In this document: in pieces, positions 57,024 to 64,000 of the stretch
Layout: each line of letters begins with the position of its first letter
How positions within the stretch are numbered: position 1 is the first letter of the stretch
From: a virus
Lineage: Duplodnaviria > Heunggongvirae > Uroviricota > Caudoviricetes
DNA: 64,000 bases
Reading direction: 5' to 3' (one strand)
IMG/VR virus record: IMGVR_UViG_3300010369_000001
Notes under the pieces: model-generated
The model's database searches: none
The model's input: only the letters and a program-made list of their open reading frames with translations
What the model was told of the DNA's origin: nothing
Made by a program: the position numbers and the translations under genes

Positions 57024-57829
57024 TATTCCCCCAAATCAAATATGTTATGAATATTTTGTGATTTATCGCATTTAAATTTTTTTATCTTATCCGCTAATAT
57101 TGGATAATGAGCAATAACCGCATTCAACTGTTTAACATTACCGCCTTCAAACGCATTATATTTCCAAAGACAAGTACCACCTGCTTCCATTGACTGATCA
57201 ATTAATAAAAGATTACGCCTAATTTTTTGAGCTAATGGTTTATCAATAAAACTCACAGGTTTATTGTTTAATATACGCATAGCAAATAACCAAATTTCAT
57301 CAGCTTTAGGAGTCAGAGTAAGGAACAATTCTTTATTAAATACGTCACTATGAAAACTATTTGGGGGTATTAAACAACCATGCATATTAAGCGGACTATC
57401 TATATTTTTACATGGGCAACAACGAGTATGACACAACTTATACCGATCTTCATCGTAATACACCCCTTCAGAGGTTAAGCATGTCATGGAACCCGTCTTT
57501 TGATACTGCTCTACTAAACTGCGCAACCAATCCCTCGGATAATAAGCATCATCGTCTGCCAATACAACTAAATCATTTGGAAATTCTTGAAGCGCCCAAA
57601 ACCATTTAGAGTGTACTCCAATATTTTCATATCCTGCGCGTATTTCTAAACCTAGCTGAGCTAATGCTTTAAATTTTTCACGCACTATACCTAAATAAGG
57701 ATCTGCGTCTTTATCTAAATATAAAATTACCTTACTTGGAATATCTTGGTCTAATAACGTACTTAAAGCTCTAAAAAGAACCTCATTTATCCGCTTACCG
57801 TGACTTGTTAACGAAATTATTGTTTTCAT
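57023..57829 (-). CDS. Glycosyltransferase (GT-A, 'ISLTS' type), paralogue of 47934..48713
   Basis: IISLTSHGKRI, LADDDAYY, LIPPNSF, PKADEIW. Confidence 0.85.
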   Translation of the reverse strand: MKTIISLTSHGKRINEVLFRALSTLLDQDIPSKVILYLDKDADPYLGIVREKFKALAQLGLEIRAGYENIGVHSKWFWALQEFPNDLVVLADDDAYYPRDWLRSLVEQYQKTGSMTCLTSEGVYYDEDRYKLCHTRCCPCKNIDSPLNMHGCLIPPNSFHSDVFNKELFLTLTPKADEIWLFAMRILNNKPVSFIDKPLAQKIRRNLLLIDQSMEAGGTCLWKYNAFEGGNVKQLNAVIAHYPILADKIKKFKCDKSQNIHNIFDLGE

Positions 57830-60800
57830 GTTTTTTATATGCTAATAATTTTCTATTATTTTGCATTGTTATTGAATTATACATTTGCCTACTGACAGCA
57901 TGTCGTTGTTCTTCATTAAAAAAGGCATGAGCTAAATGCCTAATAAATCCGCCAGATGTCGAGTTTAATAAAGCGTATTCCTCATGTTTTAATATTACTG
58001 GTCTACCATATTTTTTAAATGTAAATTCACTAAACGCCAGCTGTTCCACTGGCCAGGTCTGTTTTGTATGTTCCCATTCAGCTAAGTTTACAATTTCATA
58101 TAGTTCTTTCCAAATATCATGAACCATAGGAACATTCGCCATCAATATTACACCCAAACATGCCTCGGCATCATTAAAGGTTACTTTTTCATTAAGCTTG
58201 TTTGGTACAACATGTATTAAATGCCAAGGCTCGAAATCTTGTAACACATCTTCATAGAGTGAGATATTATGACTATAAAAACAAGCGTCTGCATCAAGAT
58301 AAAGTAAATAATCACAATCAACTAACTGACGTTGAATATGTCGCACTTTTTCCCAATTAACATGTCTATCTTGTGGCAAGTCTTCCTTAGCTATTTCCTC
58401 AACACTATATTCGTATCCATGAATATCACAGTATAACTGATTTATTGGACGAATATACTTATTAAACCAACTATCTTTACAACATAAATCTCCCCAAATA
58501 TATTGACTAACTTTTAACTTTATTTCTGAAACAGGTAAACCTCCAACAGCTCTAAAAGGTGCTCTAGTATCATCAGTTACTTTTTTACCGCCATCTTGTC
58601 CAACAATACTTTGCTTAGTCAAATAAAATTTAACATTATTTTTTAAACACCATTCGGCAATTAAAGTATCTACGCCAAAAGGGTGATTTACATTAATTTC
58701 AATGTCCTCATTAATAATGGCCGTAGCTAGCTTTTTACGCCACTCACCTGCCCGCAATAAAACACATTGAGTCCCCCAAAAACGACTAGCTTGTATATAA
58801 TTTGCTTCCACTAGCTCAGCATCTTTAACTGTCATCCACCCAGCAATAGCTATATCCCAGAAAGCTGGCAAGTTATTCAATTCATTCTTTAATCTATCCT
58901 TAAAATTAACCGGCAATCTCGCATCATCCTCAAAATAAATTATGTCATGGTCCGCGTATTCATTTATAATTTTTGCAAAATGTAAATCACAACCTCTATT
59001 ACCCCACAAAGGATTATCCGTCTCCTTTTTAACATATACAGGTAATATATCTAAAACATAATCTGTTATGCCCGCACTTTTAAAATTTTTCTTTAATTTT
59101 AATATCCGCTCCGTACTAATCTCATTATCTGTGGTAGCTACAATAACGAGATAACGTTTAAACCATTCTTCTTTCTTAGCTTCAGTAGCTAATTTAAGCT
59201 CTACCATCTTCTTATTACGCTGCATTAATGCTGAATTAAATATTCTTTCAAATTCAGCTGTATCTCTTAAACATTCAATAAAATTCCGAATAAAATATCC
59301 ATAGGCAGATTGAAGCTTATAATATTCTCGCTCCAATTCAAAAACGTCTACAAATTTAGGATAAACAAAATTACCTAAAGCCAACTCTACATCTGGATAT
59401 TGTTTCTTAGTATATGCGCCCAATGTAGTATCCGGTACCGACTGCCAATAATCTAATACTTTATGCGATTCTTCACTATTTTTATATAGCATTACAGCTA
59501 ATAACGGTTTTGAATGTACTAAAAACTGTTCACTCACAGTACCTGTTGAAGTTAGTATATGTTTTGTTAAATTAGTCTCTAACTTAGCTACATAGTCAGC
59601 TAATGATATACTATGCTCATAAAATATACAATCGCCTTCTAAAGACAGTAAATAATCACAATTATTTAAATGTTTTTTTATTGTTGGAATAAGCTGCCAC
59701 ATAGCATTTCGATCTGACAAACTTACCGCTACGTGTTCACAGATATATTCGTAACCATGAAGTTCACAATAATTTCTATTAATAGGCTCAATATATTTTT
59801 TAAACCAATGATTTTCATCAGTCCACTCTCCAAAAATCATTTGTAAAATTTTTATTTTTTTATTAGATTTATTAAAAATAAAATCATTTCTTTCTATAAT
59901 TTCATTATGTAATTTTTTTGAAATCTCTTCAGGCACTAAACCTGCATACGCTGAAAAATAGCGTATTAAATAAGAATCAGTCCCGCATAAACGATAATAA
60001 TCTTTTAAAACAGTTATTTTATTTGGATATTTTTTTGCTAATTCAAACAATGCAACATGCGGGCCACACTCACTCCACTGACCGCAAGGATATACATTAG
60101 TCGTATCAACATCACCTAACCACTCAGCGACTATATCTTTTGCAATCTGTGTATTTTTTATTAGCATTACTTCAGTATGTGCTTGACCAACCACATCAAA
60201 AGCTACTAACGATTGCATATTATTTATTTTAGAAGAGGGTACCACAATTAAACTACTTTCTAACTCATTAGATAACTCTTCTAAAATACTTAAATTGTGA
60301 TCATAAAACAGGCATGAAGCCGATAAACAACATGCCCATGCATCAGGATTACAATAATTTAATGCCAAGCGATAACCATACTTAAAATAATAATCATGAT
60401 GTTTAGAAAATTCTTTAACATTAGGCGCTATAAAAACAGCATAGCTAAAGCCCATTCTATTACAATAAGCCTCATTTATTGGCTCAACATACTGCCTAAA
60501 CCAACTATTTGGTAATGCCTGCTCTTCTGTTATTATTTGAAAAACATTTAATCGACTCATACTAATATCAACATACTCTATAGGAACTTGCCCAATACCG
60601 CATGGAATCATAGTGAAACCAGAGCGGTATCGTTTATACACATTGGCACTTATTACTTTTTTTGCTTTATATAGTGTCATAATATCTGTAAAAAAACTCG
60701 CTAGACTCTCACTACTAGTTTCTTCACAAAAAAACATTGAATGACCTAATTGACCTGTTGTTACCTTAAAATTAAATTTTTCTTGTAATAATTCTCGAAT

Positions 60801-61385
60801 GAATTCATTAGAACAAATCAAAATTAAATTACTAGTTGATACTTCAGCAGTACTGATAATCTCTTCTATTTTTTTTATAAGATTTAAAATTAGCTCAGAG
60901 CCTCTGTAACCATAATCTTTTTTCCAATTATCATACCATCGAACATGTAATGCCGTATACTCACTGTTGTTTAACTCCTTAAGACAATTCGCAATAGCTG
61001 CTAAACCAATTTCACTCATATCTGGAGTAATTAACCATTCGAATTCAGTTAAATTTAACGGATCTACAGGCCACTCATGACCATCACAAAAAACAATACC
61101 TTCACTATTAACATGCTCAAGAAGCCAATTATATACTCGTTCTTTAGAGCGGTCATTACCGGGTAATTGAAAATAATGAACTTGTTCATTATTGTATAAA
61201 AAAGAATTTGACCAGCTAAAAAATTTATGAAATGATTTATTTTTTGGAATTACTGGGGTTATCTTTAATGAATCTCCAAATAACTGTTTTAAGTAAATAA
61301 AAAATTTACAAAAATCAAAATAACCCTGATAAGTCCAAATTACCCTAATTTCTTTTATCAACGAATTATCAAAATATTTAGACAT
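57795..61385 (-). CDS. Multidomain glycosyltransferase: fucosyltransferase-like + 3x GT34-like + GT25-like
   Basis: ALHVR...DIMTLYKAKKVI..SGFT; three repeats of WF..Y(I/V).PIN..YC...G(Y/F); WEKV...YLLYLDADA, WPVEQ; YFEDDA domain. Confidence 0.78.
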   Translation of the reverse strand: MSKYFDNSLIKEIRVIWTYQGYFDFCKFFIYLKQLFGDSLKITPVIPKNKSFHKFFSWSNSFLYNNEQVHYFQLPGNDRSKERVYNWLLEHVNSEGIVFCDGHEWPVDPLNLTEFEWLITPDMSEIGLAAIANCLKELNNSEYTALHVRWYDNWKKDYGYRGSELILNLIKKIEEIISTAEVSTSNLILICSNEFIRELLQEKFNFKVTTGQLGHSMFFCEETSSESLASFFTDIMTLYKAKKVISANVYKRYRSGFTMIPCGIGQVPIEYVDISMSRLNVFQIITEEQALPNSWFRQYVEPINEAYCNRMGFSYAVFIAPNVKEFSKHHDYYFKYGYRLALNYCNPDAWACCLSASCLFYDHNLSILEELSNELESSLIVVPSSKINNMQSLVAFDVVGQAHTEVMLIKNTQIAKDIVAEWLGDVDTTNVYPCGQWSECGPHVALFELAKKYPNKITVLKDYYRLCGTDSYLIRYFSAYAGLVPEEISKKLHNEIIERNDFIFNKSNKKIKILQMIFGEWTDENHWFKKYIEPINRNYCELHGYEYICEHVAVSLSDRNAMWQLIPTIKKHLNNCDYLLSLEGDCIFYEHSISLADYVAKLETNLTKHILTSTGTVSEQFLVHSKPLLAVMLYKNSEESHKVLDYWQSVPDTTLGAYTKKQYPDVELALGNFVYPKFVDVFELEREYYKLQSAYGYFIRNFIECLRDTAEFERIFNSALMQRNKKMVELKLATEAKKEEWFKRYLVIVATTDNEISTERILKLKKNFKSAGITDYVLDILPVYVKKETDNPLWGNRGCDLHFAKIINEYADHDIIYFEDDARLPVNFKDRLKNELNNLPAFWDIAIAGWMTVKDAELVEANYIQASRFWGTQCVLLRAGEWRKKLATAIINEDIEINVNHPFGVDTLIAEWCLKNNVKFYLTKQSIVGQDGGKKVTDDTRAPFRAVGGLPVSEIKLKVSQYIWGDLCCKDSWFNKYIRPINQLYCDIHGYEYSVEEIAKEDLPQDRHVNWEKVRHIQRQLVDCDYLLYLDADACFYSHNISLYEDVLQDFEPWHLIHVVPNKLNEKVTFNDAEACLGVILMANVPMVHDIWKELYEIVNLAEWEHTKQTWPVEQLAFSEFTFKKYGRPVILKHEEYALLNSTSGGFIRHLAHAFFNEEQRHAVSRQMYNSITMQNNRKLLAYKKHENNNFVNKSR

Positions 61386-61396
61386 AATTTAAATCC

Positions 61397-62065
61397 TTAC
61401 CAACTGTAATTAAAAAGTTCAAAATCTTTTTGATACTTTTTCTCAATATATTTTCTAACCATAGAACTTAATACCTCTCGATAATGACCTTGTTGTCTTC
61501 TATGTTCTGAATGAATCCTATAACTTATTGGAGAATAAACTAATTCTTGGTTCATATTATTTGTATTAATTTTTTTAATAATTTCTTGTAAAGCAGCGTC
61601 TAAAGTATCTTCATATTTAAAAATATCAACCTTAATTTTATCTTTAGATGTGCAGAAAAATGACTGTGGATAAAATAAGGCCATTGTCCAAGTAATGTCA
61701 CCGCCTTGAATAAATGTATCTAAGCTACTAACATCTTTATTTAAATTTTTTGCAATAACCTTAATATATGAAATATTATGTTCAAGGCCTGTCCTGAAAT
61801 ACCAATATTGAGAAATAAATCTGTCATATGGATTTCTAACTATGCTAAATAAATAATAATTACTAAATATATTAGCGCCATATACTAACTTTAATGCTTT
61901 AGTAGAGATATGTGATGCATTTAATTCTAGCCCCCATTTTTTTAACGTAACAGTGTCACATACTTTAGCCGTGCTATCAATATTAAGTAATTGTGAATAT
62001 AAGCTACTACCACCAACTTTAGGTATATGGCAAAAGATGTATTTATTTTTATGCGAAATTAACAT
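61397..62065 (-). CDS. Sulfotransferase family 2
   Basis: FCHIPKVGGSS, FSIVRNPYDRFISQY, DFELFNY. Confidence 0.9.
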   Translation of the reverse strand: MLISHKNKYIFCHIPKVGGSSLYSQLLNIDSTAKVCDTVTLKKWGLELNASHISTKALKLVYGANIFSNYYLFSIVRNPYDRFISQYWYFRTGLEHNISYIKVIAKNLNKDVSSLDTFIQGGDITWTMALFYPQSFFCTSKDKIKVDIFKYEDTLDAALQEIIKKINTNNMNQELVYSPISYRIHSEHRRQQGHYREVLSSMVRKYIEKKYQKDFELFNYSW

Positions 62066-62068
62066 ATT

Positions 62069-62278
62069 TTATTTAACAGTATTGGACTCCACCCACTGCC
62101 TCGCTTCTTGTTCATCTGCAAACCGCTTCTCACCAACACCTAAACATCGTGCAATATACGGTAACGGTATATTCTCTACTGCATTAGCTGCTTCAATAAC
62201 TGAACCAAGCCAAAAAGAAAATGGCTCTGTTACGAAACTTCCATCTGCGACCCACTTCAAATCCAGTATAAGTTTCAT
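62069..62278 (-). CDS. Small hypothetical protein
   Basis: 69-aa ORF; F..EQEARQWVE C-terminus typical of small phage proteins. Confidence 0.55.
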   Translation of the reverse strand: MKLILDLKWVADGSFVTEPFSFWLGSVIEAANAVENIPLPYIARCLGVGEKRFADEQEARQWVESNTVK

Positions 62279-62379
62279 TTCTTTTTCTTAACTATCTCAA
62301 ATCCCTCTGGAACCCAAAACTCAGCTCTACATAATTAATTTCTTCTGTCATGTTTTTTTAAATTGTTTTCGTAGTTTAC

Positions 62380-63444
62380 TCATAAGCCCCTCACCAAGCT
62401 AAAGGCTTGCCACATTACCTTATCCATGTCCAAATATTGATAGCTCCCCAATCTACCACCAAAATAGAGATTGCTATAATTTAGCTTCTCCTTATACCTC
62501 TTATATAGTCCAGTATTGTAGCAATCATTAACCGGATACATTCGCTCCTGCCCCTCGCCTCGTCGGAAGCTAGCTGGCACCTCATAAGTTACAACAGAAG
62601 TCTCAAATGAATCAGCCGTATCCGGGTAAAAATATTTATGCTCCGTTGCCCTAGTATAAGGAACCTCCCATTCCGGGAAATTAATTACAGCATTACCAAA
62701 TAAATTATCCTTTACCTCACGCTCCAAAAAATTAATTGTGCGATACTCTAGCTCCCCCTCAGAATAACCTGAAATGACATCTAAGCTGCCACTGTAGATA
62801 ATTCTGTGATATTCATTTAAGCTAGCTAATAAATCCTTATGATAAAATGTTCGGCCATATTCAACATCAATACCTTCAAGCATTTTGTCGAACATCGCCG
62901 AATAGCCATTAATGGGTATTCCCTGATATTTATCTAAAAACATCCGAGTTTCAAACGTATCGCGCCATTTAATGCGCTTCATTGCGGCCTGGACTACATT
63001 AAGACCAGTGTTCCCCATTAAACCCGGACGACCAATAAAACAATCCTCGCCCCACATTTTTCTGGAATAATCGCGGAAGAGCTTCTCAAAAATCAAAGAA
63101 TGCTCATCTTTAGTTAAACCATTTCCCTTAATCCCAAGCTGCTGATATGTCAGCTTATTCGGCGGAAAAGAAATATATTGCCCACCAACAAAGCTAAATA
63201 CTCGGTGGACATAATTATTAAAAGAAGTAAACCTATTAATAAAACTCCATATTTGCTCATTGTCTGTATGAAAAATATGGGGCCCATAAGTGTGAACTAT
63301 CAATCCGCTAGCTCGCCTCTCGTCCCGACAAATACCGCCAGGTTTCTTACCCCGCTCAATGACCTTTACTTTGTGCCCGGCATCAGCCAGGAGCCTAGCA
63401 CACGTACAACCAAATAATCCAGCTCCAATTACTAATACTTTCAT
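62380..63444 (-). CDS. glf: UDP-galactopyranose mutase
   Basis: MKVLVIGAGLFG, VHTYGPHIFHT, YQGIP, LEYRT, YTRATEHKYF, MYPVN, GGRLGSYQYLDMD; start set at MKVL. Confidence 0.93.
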   Translation of the reverse strand: MKVLVIGAGLFGCTCARLLADAGHKVKVIERGKKPGGICRDERRASGLIVHTYGPHIFHTDNEQIWSFINRFTSFNNYVHRVFSFVGGQYISFPPNKLTYQQLGIKGNGLTKDEHSLIFEKLFRDYSRKMWGEDCFIGRPGLMGNTGLNVVQAAMKRIKWRDTFETRMFLDKYQGIPINGYSAMFDKMLEGIDVEYGRTFYHKDLLASLNEYHRIIYSGSLDVISGYSEGELEYRTINFLEREVKDNLFGNAVINFPEWEVPYTRATEHKYFYPDTADSFETSVVTYEVPASFRRGEGQERMYPVNDCYNTGLYKRYKEKLNYSNLYFGGRLGSYQYLDMDKVMWQAFSLVRGL

Positions 63445-63488
63445 CTTGTTCTTTGTTTGAGGTTTTCCTCCAGTATAACAAATCTCGG

Positions 63489-64000
63489 TCAAAAGTCAGC
63501 ATTTTCTCTCGTAGCTAAATTATGGATAATATCGGCCTTTACGTCAGGATGCTGTTTTATGCAAAAAGCCACTTCATCCGCCATATTTAAATTGGGAGCT
63601 GAAGCTAAGCTGTCAGTCCCCAATAATACCTTTACACCTAAATCCAGCATCTTTTTCAATGGATATGGCTTATGACGAAAATAAAAATGCGACCTAGGAC
63701 AATATACTACAGACATATGTGGGTGCTCAGCTAGGAACTTGAGCTCATTGTCCTCTAAATAATTACCGTGCACAATAAATACCCTAGGAGCTACGCTCAA
63801 TAACTTCAGATAATCTAGCGGCTGATACCCTAATAAAATATTAGCCGGATTATAATAACGATCCATTCTTGTTTTATGTAGCTCCAACATTGCGCCAGTG
63901 CGACATCTTAATAATTCCAATTCCTCCAGCGTCTCAGCTAAATGAATAGAAATCGGGACTTTTTTGTTTATTGCGTAACCAATTAATTCAGGATGGACAG
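63489..64000 (-). CDS. Amidohydrolase/deaminase (chlorohydrolase-like superfamily), partial
   Basis: Frame open to the window end: VHPELI...ISIHLAETLEE, VHGNYL, CPRSH, LGTDSLAS. Confidence 0.85.
   Translation of the reverse strand, partial: VHPELIGYAINKKVPISIHLAETLEELELLRCRTGAMLELHKTRMDRYYNPANILLGYQPLDYLKLLSVAPRVFIVHGNYLEDNELKFLAEHPHMSVVYCPRSHFYFRHKPYPLKKMLDLGVKVLLGTDSLASAPNLNMADEVAFCIKQHPDVKADIIHNLATRENADF

Noticed and set aside
44819-62065. Eukaryotic giant virus (NCLDV) or bacterial capsule-locus origin suggested by exostosin, PLOD-type GTs and sulfotransferases
   Set aside because: Sigma-70, bacterial -10 boxes, intrinsic terminators, a Tat signal and an HK97-type head module are interleaved with these genes; no polysaccharide export genes are present
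62279-62379. Possible small gene or remnant between glf and 62069..62278
   Set aside because: Only very short frames (under 20 aa) without convincing start signals
2058-63675. Dozens of plus-strand and alternative-frame ORFs of 60-150 aa in the ORF track (e.g. 5928..6380, 13711..14100, 14161..14610, 16356..16742, 22618..22854)
   Set aside because: They lie antisense to or inside well-supported genes, lack start signals and have shadow-ORF composition
1-64000. tRNA, rRNA, CRISPR array, integrase, transposase or terminase
   Set aside because: None recognised; intergenic spaces are short and explained by promoters and terminators. Small structured RNAs cannot be fully excluded by eye
1-64000. 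Alternative genetic code (stop-codon reassignment seen in some large phages)
   Set aside because: Standard code 11 gives dense full-length genes, and TAA, TAG and TGA all end intact genes

Overview
A 64-kb segment of a large tailed dsDNA phage (Caudoviricetes-like, probably a jumbo or large phage). The host may be a Planctomycetota bacterium, but that is inference only. Nearly all genes are on the minus strand. The window holds tail-fibre/appendage genes (1-3.9 kb), a head module (major capsid protein, putative decoration and scaffold proteins, HK97-like prohead protease, portal, head-tail adaptor), a sigma-70 factor and baseplate/neck genes. It also holds a very large glycan-building arsenal: about 12 glycosyltransferase genes, 3 sulfotransferases, 5 radical SAM domains, UDP-GlcA decarboxylase, GDP-fucose synthase and UDP-Galp mutase. 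Main unexplained signals: (1) about 18 head-module proteins are full of a K-x-A motif, three share an N-terminal 'M(K/T)I..(E/Q).YL(E/A)K(L/V)A' leader, and seven carry a glycine-zipper hairpin cassette (six with an Arg-rich loop), suggesting a protease-addressed virion cargo system; (2) a twin-arginine (Tat) exported small protein carries a near-copy of a 21-aa major-capsid segment; (3) an A11 slippery site with a downstream hairpin joins two scaffold ORFs; (4) two expression grammars coexist, leaderless -10 promoters on core genes and SD-led, terminator-bounded inserted cassettes, including an unannotated 29-aa Fst/Ldr-like peptide. No tRNA, rRNA, CRISPR array, terminase or integrase was recognised. 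All product calls come from motif recognition by eye, not database searches.
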